Shown: piece by piece, positions 47,601 to 60,900 of the stretch
Layout of the letters: every line of letters begins with the position of its first letter
Position numbering within the stretch: the first letter of the stretch is position 1
Assembly (NCBI RefSeq): GCF_964355755.1
Contig: NC_092675.1
Span: 18,944,912-19,008,911, forward strand
Direction of reading: 5' to 3'
DNA: 64,000 bases
Origin: Antedon mediterranea
Taxonomy: Eukaryota > Animalia > Echinodermata
Position numbers and translations under genes: made by a program
Notes under the pieces: model-generated
What the model was told of the DNA's origin: nothing
The model's database searches: none
Seen by the model: the letters and a program-made list of their open reading frames with translations, nothing else

Positions 47601-50600
47601 ATAACAAATAAATAAATCCTTTAAATTGATGATTTTACAGGCGTGTTTCTTTGTATACTGTAATGTAACTTCTCGAGCTCCCCGCTCAATGTTTTTGTTT
47701 CTATGGAGCGCCAAAAGAGCAACAATAATAGTACAAGTATAAAAACAGAAAGAAAACGAAACAAAAAAACTTTTAAGTTAAAATTTATTTGCCAGTATTT
47801 ATTTCTTCGTACTTGCATGATTATACTATTATCATTACAATTTTAATTTTACATTGTTCCATCCACACTGTAGATGGACTCCACAGAGTTTTCAGCCCTC
47901 TATATAATTTTTGCTCTTTTGACGTTCCATAGAAACAAAAACATTGAACATGGCCCATGGGGTAGGCCTACTGTACTGTGTAGGCTAGTCATTTTGTGTG
48001 CGAGAAAAACGTCTGTAAAATCATCAATTTAAAAATGTATTTGTTACTTTTTATGTGATTCTTTTTCATGAAAGTGCCAATTCTAAGGTGTGGTATTCAG
48101 AATAAATGTTGGGAGTTAAAATACAAGGCAGGTGCGAAAGATAAATATTTGTAATCTTAGGTGTTGGGTCTTAGCTTTCGTGATCTTAGGTCTTAGGGGG
48201 TCTGAGCTTTCGTGGTCTGAGCTTTCGTGACACCCGGGGTTTCCCTGATCGTATGATGTAAAAAGCTCTGCCGTTAATTTGCTGGTGTTATGCGCGATTT
48301 GAACGATTTGCGCAATTTGAAATTGCGCAAAAAAATCCTTGCGCAATTTGAAATTGCGCAAAGAATTCTTGCGCAATTTAAAATTGCGCAAGGATTTTTT
48401 TGCGCAATTTCAAATTGCGCAATCAACTTGCGCAATTTCAAATTGCGCAAGAAAATCTTTGCGCAATTTTAAATTGCGCTGCACAATTTGTAAATTGCGC
48501 AAGATAGTTCTTGCGCAATATGACACCTTTGCGCAATTTGAAAACGAACTGTAAATTTTCCCATACATGGCTAGGCTAGGCCTAGGCAGAGGAGTTTAAA
48601 ATTTAGTATTTTATTATATAAATAAGACCATTTCAATGAAGATAATGTTTAATACTCACTTTTTAAGTTTTTAATATTAGTTTAAGCTAGGCCATGTAAC
48701 CTAGTCAGTATCAGTAGTCCAGACCCTAGCTAGGCTAGAGTAGGCCTAGTATAGCCGGCCGCCCGCGCCGCGCCCGCCTGGTGGAACACCACCGCTTCGT
48801 TTTCCTTCGTCGGTTCTTCGACGGTATGCTAACTTATAACAATATTTGCACTACTAAAATAAGGAAATGCGATATTTATCTTTAATTTTGAATCATTCTT
48901 AGAAATTAAATACTATAAAAATATGGGTGTGCATGATTTCACAATCTGTCGAAAAACCTTGCGCAATTTGCAGATTACTTGCGCAATTTAATACGTTGCT
49001 TGCGCAATTTGAAACACATGTTTCAATTCAAATTGCGCAAGGATTTTTTTTGCGCAATTTCAAATTGCGCAAATCGTTCAAATCGCGCATAACACTGGTA
49101 AGTAGAATTCTATTTTAGATGAATGACACATCCTCCTATAATAGTTTTTGGCGTATAGTTATAGGCTTAGCTATCTAGGCTAGGGCTATAATATAAGCCT
49201 ACTTCTACTATCTAGTAGTAGGGCCTAGGCCTAGTTAGTACTGTAGTTTACTACTGTGTAGTGTAGTGTAGCAGCAGCTGTAGGCAGGCAGATAATCGGG
49301 TCAGAAAAGTAAACGGGAACCCACTTTGAGGCCTAGCTAGGTCCTATATGTCGTACTCACCTAGCTAAGCCATCACTCCACAACTAGCTACAGGAAATAG
49401 GCCTACTATGTTGATGTACCACTGATATACATTTGGAGCTCGAATTAATTTTAAAGTCTAACAAAGACTAACTGATGACAAAAAACGAACATTTGGAAAA
49501 TGATCAGCATACAGTACCAAAGAAGTTGACGGTAGAATAGATTGTTGTTGATAGCAACCAAAACGAAAACACTAGTAATTAGACTAGGCCTTTTTTAGGG
49601 AGGAGATGCACTTTTCAGGGATTCCTTACTGTACATTAGTACCCCAAATTGAAAACTTCAGATTCATGTACAGAAATAATAATTATATGTATGCAATAAA
49701 TTGTGAAATATTTAACTTTTCTATTTGACTTTTGTATTTATACATCATTGTTTTTCAATTTATAGACTTAAGCTAATGAAGACTGGAACAGAAGTTACAC
49801 CCATACAGCATTTTAAAGGCAACTGGCAGTAGACTCGGTAGTGGAACACAAGATAAATATTGGATGACTATCATAAAGCATTAGGCAAATGTGTTGGTTG
49901 TTTTCCAGCTTTTAAAATGTTGTATAGTTTTCATAATTAGAGCAATAACATTTGTATACAGCATTAAATAAATAAAAAATACTACTACAGTACATGAGAT
50001 AAAATCACCATAATTTTAATGTGTGAAGATTTACAGTACAGTACAGTAAAAAATGAGTTAATTACTAGTATATTTCATTGAATTTCTGCATTATTGTTGA
50101 CAATTTATTTTCAACTATTAATTGATGTGTTGATTGTGGCATTACAGCAATAGCTTGTCTTCTGTGATTGTTCATCCATTTTAAAGTGTCATAGTAAGAA
50201 ACGTTCAAATAAATATTGTGAATGTTGCTACCACATTTTGTGTTGATTTCTTCACCATTTTCCACTACTTGCTCATATTGTTCATTCAAGTGTGTTAATA
50301 CCTATTAAAAGAAAGACATTATTTATTAAAATATGTACATAAAAAGTTTAATTGTGTGAATGTTGGTTTGAACGTTATTGCTTTGGAAGAATTTTCAACA
50401 TAACGGTACTAAGTACTGTAAAGTACACATTCCAAAAAATATTCAACTTAGATTATTTGGTCATTTTCTCTAAAATAATTACATTATTGGATGTACAGTA
50501 TAGGCCTAGTTACAATTTTCACAAATTTATATTAGCATTAAAATCTAATTAATCATGAAGGAAAAACCAAGCACCATAATCTCTCCTGGCCCTGGTGGTG

Positions 50601-53224
50601 ACCTTATTTTCGATTTTTGGCAGCCATTCACAAGTTTTCGCTTTTTGAGTTTCGCTGCTCTTATGTATAATTTTTTTTAATCACAAACTCTACATAGAAA
50701 AGAAAATTAAATGTTTTAAAATGAATGAAAAGTGATATGAATAATGAAAAATTAAAGACTATTATTAATATTATAGTATTATACTAAAAATAAGACGAGT
50801 TGGTGGTGTCGAAATTCACACAAGTCACAATAAAAAACCATGGAGGTATAAAATATTTTATTTTTATACCTCCATTCTAAAACCTTATTCCTTACTCCAT
50901 GCTCAGAGATGAATGTTATAGGCCTAATCCTATTTAAAGCTAGGTTGGCAATAACTATTAATAAGGCTTACAAGTTGTATCTATTAGTATTAGCTAGGCC
51001 TGCTACTCACTCAGGGTGAACCCTCACTCAGGCCTACAACTAGGCCTAGTACTACTACCACTACTAGACTAGCTACTACTCTAGGCCTAGCCTAGCCAAT
51101 AGATAGGGGATAGTACACTAGATAGCCAGTACAGCTGTAATGGGCTAGCTAGGCTTCCTATACTAACTAACAAAGCTGCACCATAGAAACTACAGTTCTT
51201 ACTTACCAATCTGCTAGGGCCTAGCCATAGTCTTTTCTTCAAGTAGGAGTTGTTTTTTTTGTTGTTAAACTACAGAACTTTCCCACATCGTCGTCTCGCC
51301 ATATATATATCACGTCGTATTTTTTTCCTGATGACCTAGAGGTCACATACACGCGCAAGAATCATACAATATGCATAATTCATAAGCTAATTCAGGTCAA
51401 GGGTTAAATTAAACCGGAAGCCAGCTGGCTGCCAGCCAACCGACTTCCGGTTGACTATTTTTTACTTTAAATTACGATTTTCTAAGGTAAATAATTTTTT
51501 TTTTGATCCAATTTTTTTTCAAAGTGAATAACTTTTATGTATCATTAAAATGGCCTTTAAAAAAAAAAAAATTTTTGTTCAGGGGGACAATACATCTTTA
51601 AAACTTTTAGCGAATCAGAAGGTGCCAACATCATTGAACTAATGGTACCACCAAGCACAATGTTTACCAATTTTATGTACAATATACAATTTAAGTCCAT
51701 TAATCATTTAATATAATTACGCCTATCAGGTCAAAGTTCAAAATTAGGTGCATTTAAGACCACCAAAAACCACATACAGTATATTCACATAATTAAAAAT
51801 CAATAATTAAATGTCAAAGGTCATAAATTGTATTTTCGGTCATTTTATGTGAAAATGTTTCATTACTACAAATATAAATGTATTTATTCTGAACAAAATG
51901 ACACCAAAATCGATTGAAAATGACCAGTAGTTACAGAGATATACAAATACAAGGTCAAAGGTCAAACTGAAAGAAACGTCATTTCTAGAGCAAATAGAAA
52001 TATATAGTTTGTGAACAATTTGAGACCAGAATTAAGTCTCTAATGTGTATAGTTGCCAAGATATGAACATTTTTTGTTTTTATGGTGGCCATTTTGAAAT
52101 CAAGATGGCTGCCATACCGGACGTTGGACACTTGGCACCCTCCGATATTTTGAATCTATATACATTATAGAAACTTTGTGCCAAGTTTCATGCTTTGGTA
52201 ATAAAATGTCACAGCTCATGTCATTAACTGCTCTACTAATACTGACACAAGTAACGCTTCGGCGGTTTCCGCTGAGGTCTCGGAAAGGCTGGACAAAATG
52301 GAACACATGATTTCTGGATTGGCCGAGGTAGTTAATAATTTGAGTAAGTGTGGGGAGTCTAATATAGGCATATCCGATATCACTACTACAATAGCTAACG
52401 ACGGAGAACTAAACAGCACTCGCTTCTTCGACGACACAACACCAAATACTATATCAGATATTACCATGCCACTCACTCAAGACACATTTATTCCATATAC
52501 TATTGTTGAAGGAGATGCAGCTCAAAACCCCCTCCGGTATACCGGGGGAATTAAGGCCGGAGCTTTGGTCCCCGACAAATTAAAAATAAAAATTAAAGAC
52601 CACAAATATGTTGAGTTCTCAGATATCGTTAACCCAGACGATAGCGATACATTCGCGTTACAGTTCAACGGGGGCCTTGAAATGGTGCCAAAAAAGAAAA
52701 AACGATTCTTGACCGAACATGAATGGTCCATGGCATTTTACGACTTCGCCACCTTACATCTAAGCTATCACCCTGCAGATATGCAAGACATTTTCACTTA
52801 CGCAAAGCAAATCCAAATCATGATGCGAAACAACGCACAAAATTGGCGGTCATACGATGAGGCTTTTCGGAGAGCTAGGGAACATACCAAATGCTCATGG
52901 GCCACAGTACGGGGCGACCTTATTCACAACTTAATGCTACAACGCTATCGCCCACAAAGTCATTTTCGGGGCTTTAACACCCCACCTTTCAACAGGAAGA
53001 CCACCGATTCCCAAATACCACTTGGATACTGCCAAGCATACCACACCCCAACGCGAAAGTGCTCACAACCATACCGCTGTAAGTTCTCTCATAAATGCTT
53101 TAAATGCTCCGAAGACAGGCCACACCCATATTTCCTGTGCAAACGAGATACAAATCAATCACGACACCCATCAACAACAACATCCCCTGCTAACCCCACT
53201 GCCAACACCCCTAAGGGTAGATAA
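44673..53224 (+). CDS. Gag-like ORF1 of the YR retrotransposon, split by Academ (44673-44838 + 52242-53224)
   Basis: Removing 44839-52241 restores one frame, ...TSTAN|TDTSNASAVSAEVSERLDKMEHM.... Motifs KYVEF, WRSYDEAFR, C-terminal C..YH....C....CKFSHKC..C....HP...C. Confidence 0.85.
46124..46570 (+). repeat. 29-30-bp minisatellite, about 15 copies
   Basis: Unit CCACAGACAAAGAAGGGGGTATAAGACCAT. Confidence 0.9.
47168..48236. mobile_element. MITE with ~90-bp TIRs and GGGTTTCC TSD (8 bp, or 10 bp if the TIR starts at GGG); carries a copy of the 6508-type foldback
   Basis: CGGGTGTCACGAAAGCTCAGACC.../...GGTCTGAGCTTTCGTGACACCCG. The empty site is seen in the first Kolobok near 18785. Confidence 0.9.
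48285..49095. mobile_element. MITE with TIR GTGTTATGCGCGATTTG, 2-bp TG TSD and subterminal TTGCGCAA repeats
   Basis: Exact inverted termini. Removal restores AATTTGCTGGTAAGTAG, which matches the first Kolobok. Confidence 0.85.
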
Positions 53225-54775
53225 ACTCGAAACACTTCTCTCGGGATATTCCAACAAAGATTACCTCATTTCCGGCTTTAAAAATGGTTTTTTCCTGAAT
53301 TACGACGGTCCAAAAAATTCAGTATCGGCATTACAGAAACCTCAAATTATCCAACCGATGATTGCTAATATAAAGAGATTGCTACAGGGCGTATCGCTGG
53401 TCCATTCGATTCGCCCCCATTTCTACATTTCAAATCGTCACCACTAAGTTTGAGGGAGAAATCCGTTGTAGGCAAATACAGATTAATTCATAACTTATCA
53501 TATCCGCACGACGAAAGATCAGTGAATCATAATATTCCTCAACACTACAAAACAGTCCACTACGAAAATATATCCACAGCCGTACATATCATTCAAAAAT
53601 CCACCTACCCAGCCTACCTATTCAAAAGCGATATTCAAGATGCTTTCCGACTCATTCCCTTGCACAAAACGCAGTATCACCTTACCGGTTTCTCTTGGAG
53701 AAACAAACTGTACTACGATAAGGTCCTCCCACAAGGGTGTGGATCCTCTTGTAGAATTTTTGAATCATTTTCAGACGGAATAAAATGGATACTGACAAAT
53801 AAACTAGCATGTAAAAACGTAGTCAAGATATTAGACGATTTCCTGCTTATAGGCGATACAAAACATGAGTGCCAAAGGTACCTTAACAATCTCATTGCCC
53901 TATCAGATGACATTGGCCTTCCTCTCTCCCCGCACAAAACAGTGAAGCCAACTACAAAATTAACCTTCTTAGGGATCGAACTGGATACGCGAGCTATGGT
54001 AGCCAGATTACCCAAGGACAAACTAGAAAAGTATAGGTCCGAATTAAAAAAATGGTCGAGTTCACATTACATAACACTCAGAGAACTTCAATCTCTTACC
54101 GGCAAACTTCAGTTCGCCACGTGCGTTATTAAGACCGGCAGGGCTTTCCTTACAAGACTATATACACTCACAAAAGGTCAGACAAATCCCGACTCAAAAA
54201 TACGTATTACCCAAGGAGTACGTGAAGACTTGAAAATTTGGATACAATTTCTTGACCAATACAATGGCACCACTATCATCAATGTACTACCAAAAAAGGA
54301 CTCCGAATGCCTTCACTTCTTTTCAGATGCTTCCAAAAGGGAATTTGGTGCTACGTTTGGGGCTACGTGGGTACACGGTATATGGCCAGAACGTTGGAAG
54401 AAGTTAGATATAATGGTTTTAGAAATGTACCCTATTTATCTCATGATATCACTGTACTCAAGCCAACTTGCCAACACTCATGTAGTAGTAGTATTTCACA
54501 CCGATAACCTACCCAATGTCTATCACGTTAACAACAAAACTAGTTCTAATTCTGATGTAATGCGCATAATCAGGCCGTTAGTATTAGTACTACTTACACA
54601 TAATATACATCTAACCGCCAGGCATATACCAGGTATTAAAAATGTACTAAGTGATGCAATTTCCCGTTCACAGGTAACAAAAAAACTTTTCAAACAATTC
54701 GGAATGCATCAAAACCCATTAACAATACCACCACATCTGCTACCAGAGAACTTCGCTGCATTCAAGAAAACCTGA
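53022..54775 (+). CDS. RT/RNase H ORF2 of the YR retrotransposon (one frameshift near 53370)
   Basis: PTPLRVDKL..LISGFKNGF, KEIATGRIAGPF..PPF..SPL, KYRLIHNLS, KSDIQDAFR, LPQG, ILDDF, FLGIELDT, SDAS, HIPG..N..SDAISR. Confidence 0.9.
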
Positions 54776-54780
54776 TACGA

Positions 54781-55665
54781 GCTTCCGTCACGACTGGAAC
54801 CAGAAAATCATACAACAGGGCGTGGTCAATCTTACTTATGTTCCTACAAAGCCACCACCTACCACATCAAATGCCTATCTCACCACCCCACATCTCACTA
54901 TTCGTCTGCCACCTCTTTCGGACAGGTCTCAACCAAAATACCATAAGAACGTATCTAAGTGCCATTGCATTCATGCACAAAATTACCAACAATCCAGACC
55001 CTACTAACATACCATTGTTAAATATTGTCACAAGAGGTGCCGGGAAGCTATACAACGTTGCCAGCCGCCGCCGACGCCTTTACCCGGTTACCACTACCAT
55101 AATGGAGAAGGTTCTCGCTCAACTCAAATTTATTAATAGCAACGAATACGAAAGGAAACTGTATAAAGCTTTGTTCCTCACCTGTTACTACGCTTGTACG
55201 AGGGCAAGTGAAATGGTACGGACCAATAATCCGGAACACGTCCTAAAACTTCGCGACATTACCATCTCACACACTAAGGTCACCTTCCAATTTAATTCCT
55301 TCAAACACCACAAGGGCGATTCCCAACATTTCAGCATTAACAAAAAAGGAAACAGCATGTTATGTCCGGTAAAAGCGTTACAGGATTACAATTCGATCAG
55401 GCCTACGACTCGGGGGCAATTTTTCATATTTCAAACCGGAGATCCACTACTTAGGAAGCATTTAAGTCACACGTTAAAAGAAGCCGCGTCACACGCCAAC
55501 TTAGACCACACCCGGTACAACACACACTCGTTCAGAATCGGAAGGGCCAGGCAACTTAGGGACCTGGGCGCAGATGAACAAGAAATTAAAGCTACCGGAA
55601 GATGGAAAAGCGACGCATATAAGCGATATATCCGACCCCACAGCATAACTCTCAGTAATGACTAA
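54781..55665 (+). CDS. Tyrosine recombinase ORF3 (frame is open upstream of ATG 54838 and overlaps the end of pol)
   Basis: Catalytic R (TRASEM), K (SFKH), HSFR, GRW and Y (YKRYIR) all present; CPV motif. Confidence 0.92.
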   Translation, partial: ASVTTGTRKSYNRAWSILLMFLQSHHLPHQMPISPPHISLFVCHLFRTGLNQNTIRTYLSAIAFMHKITNNPDPTNIPLLNIVTRGAGKLYNVASRRRRLYPVTTTIMEKVLAQLKFINSNEYERKLYKALFLTCYYACTRASEMVRTNNPEHVLKLRDITISHTKVTFQFNSFKHHKGDSQHFSINKKGNSMLCPVKALQDYNSIRPTTRGQFFIFQTGDPLLRKHLSHTLKEAASHANLDHTRYNTHSFRIGRARQLRDLGADEQEIKATGRWKSDAYKRYIRPHSITLSND

Positions 55666-57920
55666 CAAAATGTACATTTACATTATAACTCACTTAGATC
55701 CATGCGACTATTTACGTTTTTTTCCTTCAGTATTGTTTATTGGCGATGTGTTAGTACAACTTTGCTACCATAGCAGTGCACGGTAGTGGAGCCCTCGGAT
55801 TAGCCTGGGGTGGAAGGTGCTGATGCTCAACATACTGTCATGAAGTATCTGCGTATACTTTCATGGGGAGCATCGTTGTATTAATGGTGATTTTTGTACC
55901 TATCAGTCTCTTTGGAGACTTTTCCAGGAAGTCCTGGTAGAACCATTTTTTATTTGTTATCTCAGTTTCAACTGGGTAAGTGAACATTCTTCCTTGTTTC
56001 CTTCACTTTGGTGGGCTGCTCTTGGCGGTGCCTTGGCACCTGCCGCGGGCTATTTTTCTCTGAGCATCCCTGTTGTGCTTACTTAGAATTGGTAAATTAT
56101 TGCTATATATAACTTATATTTGCTTATGACTTTTATGTGCAGTTTTACATGGGCGAATGTTCATTTACTAATAAACTATTTAAGCCAGAACTTATGTTGT
56201 ATGCATCTTTATTTAGTATCGTATGAGTTTGTTAATCGCCGCCGTTTCCGAGTAGCAAAATATATATGTTGGGGCGACTTTTTCTCATTCTCACAGATTT
56301 CCTCATCTTTATCGTTTCAAATTAATTAATTAAATTTCAGTATATCACCGGGCGGTTTAGAATTAATGTTCTTTGCCTGATTTGTTTATATATATATATA
56401 TAATTTCTTGGAAATCACAAAGTGTTCTAATGTCTTATGTCTCCTAAAGAGATTTAAAGAGTCGAGTTGATTCAATATTGGAATATTGAACAACTTTTTA
56501 ATTGCAGTGGTGAAAAACAATTGTCAAATGAATATAAATACTATAGAAATACATACAAACTACGCAAAATGCATAATGCAACGCAAGCAATGGATTATTC
56601 GAACTATCTCTTGTTATTGGTCAACTACTTGTATTGCGTTGCATTCCATTACCTAAGGCTAACTAGATTGTCACTTCGATTACCCACGCAAACACAACGT
56701 GCACAAAGTACAGGTAGACCCAATTAAGCACTGTAAACATATTTACTTCCGATTATGGGATGGTACAACGAATTACTGTGCACGTTGTTGTTTTTGTGCG
56801 CGTGGAAAACCTAACTACTGTTAAGTGACAAGTTCAAATCTAGTTTTATATGATTTTCTCTTCAATTTTGAAAATTGTGATACCATATTGATTCTGGACT
56901 TGAAAGTAGTGCAGAGAATCGCTGTAGATGTTTTGTATTGTAATCAGAAGATATTAAAAAAAAGTAATTCAATATAATTTGATTAGGCCTAAACATCTTA
57001 ATCTTATATTATAATAATACAATCTCCTAAAAGAAATCCCAATGGTGGAGGTGATTCAATATTGAATGACTTATTTATTGCAGTGGCGCCATATATTTAC
57101 AATTTTGTTTATCCAGAATACTGAAATTAATAGTAATCATCATAGATTATTTCAAATTACTTGGAAATATTTCAGGATAAACCAGCTGGTTAGGACACAA
57201 TGAAAGACACCCACAATGAACAGCTTTAAGCCTAAAAGAACAATGAATAAAAAAGAACAATGAAGAAAAAAGAACAATATTAAACCTCTTTATCCAATAT
57301 TTTAACCGGTGAGCCTTTTAAAGGTGAGAAAAAGAAATTACACAGAAATTAAAGATTATCAATGTCATTGCCATTTTTCATTTAAAAATGAAAAAAGAGG
57401 TAATGCGTATGAACGCACGATTCAATTGCAATATTTAAGACTTGCAAATAAAAATAACATTAGGCTATAACTGGACACTTCACGCATTATGAATTGTTGC
57501 AGTTATTGAATCATATTTTGAAAATCAGGTCCTTCTCAATAAAACGAAAATAAATTTAAAAACTGAAATACAAATAGCAAACCAAAGTTTTAGAAGGTAA
57601 TCTGTATTTTAAATATTTTATTTTGTATTTTAAACTTAAAACACAATTTATAAAAAAAAAGGCGTCTAAAAAACCCAAAAGAGCATGCATATCTTAATGT
57701 TTAATTTAGTTCATGGATGCATTATTATGTAAATCAGACATTACTATCACCATTTTGATTGGTGCTCACTGTATTGATATAGTTGGATAATGGAATATCT
57801 ACTGTATCTGTACCACACGTTTACGTACGTCGAGTATTTGAAGGCGAATTGTAGATTTTATTGGCACAATAACCGTTTCATTCGTCATTCGTTATCAATA
57901 CATAATTCTATAACGTCGCA

Positions 57921-60900
57921 ATGCTAACTTCAACTTTAATCATTGTCATTATTCTGCCCTTTGTCATCAGTGATGATTCGATCAATACATATGATTATAC
58001 GGTTATCCTAGAGGGGCATGCTCTTGAAGGTTGGAGTTACGAGTTGAAGAATATACACAAACTAAATTGTTTGCTGGAATGTTCCAAGAAATCTGATTGT
58101 TTGTCGGTCAACTATAACCAGAAAGATCGTGTTTGTCAAATCAGCTGTAAACGGAAACGGGAAGAATCAATTGAAAACAACATAATTCAAACGCCTGCAT
58201 TTTGTTACATTGAAAAGGTAAGTGATATACGTATATCATAACTGATTTAGTGTATTAATCAAATCCAGTAATATGATTTAACAAAACAAAAAACAAAAAT
58301 TGTTTTATTAGACAAAAAAGTTTGTAAATCTGGAGCCAGTTTGGACTTTGCGTCTAATTTGTTACGATTTTGTTTGAAAGATCTAATGAAATTATACAAT
58401 TTAATATTACAAATTAACGGTATTTTCCTTCAGGTTCTGGGCACCGATTCCGAAAGGCGTAAGTATACAAATTCTATATATTCATTAAATTAAACTCATT
58501 TTGTAGTATATCATATTCACATCAAAAGTTTGCACATTAATGAATTACATTACTTTTCCAATTTGAAATTGACTTTCCTCTATTAGATATATACTAGCTC
58601 TTTTCTCTTTGGGTGTTAAAATAAAGCTTATTTAAAAACAAAGTTTAGTGGTTTCATGTGCGTGGATGAAACCAAAGAATATATATTTTTTCTTTGCTGA
58701 GTTATATATGAGGTAGAGTTCCATTGGATATAGAAGACACAGGGTGTTAACCAATCACACAAGCATTTATTGCGTGCATAGGTTGTAACTCAGATATGAT
58801 TCAGATCGTCAACATTGAAAACTAAAAAATGAATAGAAAAATTACTTTAATCTATTGACAAAATAGGCAAAAACAATGAATAAACTATCCTGATATGCCT
58901 AACATATACCAGTGTGCTCTTTAAAAAAAAATAAATACATCAACATTTTTTTAATTTTAGAGATAGAGAGGGACTGTAGTGAAATTTTACAATATAATCC
59001 TTCTGCTGAGAGTGGTGAATATGCGATACAGACTAATAATGGAGGACCACAGTTTACTGTGTACTGTGAGATAAGGAGTGATGCAGGATGGACAGTAAGT
59101 ATACAGTAGGCAACAATTTATTCAAAGATATTATAAGTAAATTCAACATCATTGCCACAGTTTACTAATTCATTACTAAAACAGTGCCAGAAACAGAAGA
59201 CACTGGTATGGGTTTGGAAGCCTTAACACAGCTTTGGAAACGTTTAGGTTGACAATGATGTTGAAGTGTTGCCAGAAAGACCAATCAGTATATACTAATG
59301 TTCTAAAACTTGCATACTAAGAACCAAGAAGCAAATTAATGTAAAATGGTATTTTAGTCAAATTTTAATATCCATTGACATACCTAATCAGAACATTAGG
59401 CCTACTGGTCAGGTTCTCATTTCATTCATTTATATTCACTCCAGTTGATGGCTTGCCATCACTGTTTCAGTAGAGTATAGATAACTATATTTTCATTGTC
59501 AGGTGATACAGAGAAGACAAGATGGATCAGTTAATTTCTACCGTAATTGGACAGAATACAAAGAGGGTTTTGGAAACGTGAACTCAGAATTCTGGCTTGG
59601 TAATGAACAGATCTACCGCATAACTTCTAACGGCAGTTTTGAGCTATTAGTAGAGATGACGGACCACTTGGATGTAACAAAGTTTGCAAAATATTCTCAC
59701 TTCCATATTGGTACTGAGGACTCTAACTATGTTTTGACAATCAGTGGATACACAGGAACTGCAGGTTAGTATATTCAATCAATTTTTATTTGAAGAAAGT
59801 AAACAAAGAATTAACATTGATACTTTAGCACTCCTACACCCTTTGTCACTTTTAGTAAAAATTAGTCTATGGACTTCACATACTTTATGTTTTTATTTTA
59901 TTTATCACATTTAAAGTGTATAATAAAATTAATTTTTAAAATTACAACTGCTTAAATAGATGATAAGGGCAGTGACTGGGACAGAACATAAAACATGTAC
60001 TGTACCCAAGGTTCCTTAATTTTAGGGTACTATAGCATTTGTAGCAAATGAAATTGGAAAGAAATGGAATCTTACCACAAATAAAATAGATAAATATAAA
60101 TGAGGAACACATGGTAAAATGTAATGTATTATTAATCAAGTCTATTTGCAAATATTGTACAAAATATCAAGTAAAAAGATAGAAATCAAATTTCACCAAG
60201 GTATTTGGAACTTATTTAGGTTAGAAATAAAAGAAACTGATTTCAAATAAATACTGTAAATGGAACTATTTTCGCATACAGAATGATTCCCTATTAACTA
60301 CTTTCATTTTCATTTTCACAAATTCCATTTTAGTCTAGGCCTAATGTACCTTAAATTATTTTATTTTTGTATCGCAAATGTCAAGTATAAACGTGTCAAC
60401 AAACGAGCTACCATATAATAACATCCTGTTTTGTAGCTGAGGCCCATACACTTGGCCTAAGGTCTAGTCTACATTCCGTATTTACAGTACTCCAGTAGTA
60501 AATTAAATAATGTTTCTATATTTGTTTAATCCTTTTTAGAATCGCTAACTGCTAAACTGACATGCAATATCGATCGCTGCAGTACTGAGACAATAAGAAT
60601 CTGTAGCTGTTTTCGGTTTACATAGTTCACAAAATTTGCGAAAATTAAACCATTGCAAAAATAATGGCATATATACTGTACAGAGTGTATTATGCAACAT
60701 ACTAAATCTGAAAGAAGTTGGACAAACGTTAAAAAAAAGCTTCTAAAAGCATCTGAAAAATATTCCTTCTTACATGCCTGAAAAAATTCTAACTATAATA
60801 AAATATTCAAATGCACTCACAGTACAACAACTTATCTTATCAATAGATCATGTTAAAATTATTATACTGCATATACTGCAGTAACTACATTTACTGATTT

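Larger units (their letters stand above)
46853..51597 (-). mobile_element. Non-autonomous Kolobok element nested in Academ, opposite orientation to 16668-19095
   Basis: TTAA-AGTTGTATTGTCCCCC...GGGGGACAATACATCT-TTAA. Its ends are reverse-complement homologous to the first Kolobok. Confidence 0.9.
44839..52238 (-). mobile_element. Academ DNA transposon derivative
   Basis: Termini TAGTAGAGCAGT/ACTGCTCTACTA, ~500-bp imperfect TIRs, 3-bp ATA TSD. Relic ORF at 45571-45912 (FFRCNENEQELSEFL; shifted frame CNIKEANERMLL, resembling CNHEEADTR). Confidence 0.85.
44157..56401 (+). mobile_element. DIRS/Ngaro-type tyrosine-recombinase retrotransposon (boundaries approximate)
   Basis: Overlapping gag, RT/RNase H and YR ORFs. 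Flanking direct repeat at 44157-44460 and 56268-56401. Confidence 0.85.

Noticed and set aside
48116-49118. LRNFKLRK / AQFQIAQ repeat ORFs
   Set aside because: They arise from TTGCGCAA subterminal repeats of a MITE.
44839-52238. Polinton/Maverick (AGTAG-like termini)
   Set aside because: The TSD is 3 bp, not 6 bp, the termini are TAG...CTA, and there is no polB or integrase; this fits Academ.
54838-55665. Phage integrase / bacterial contamination
   Set aside because: It overlaps a DIRS-type RT/RNase H and gag and is embedded among spliced animal genes.
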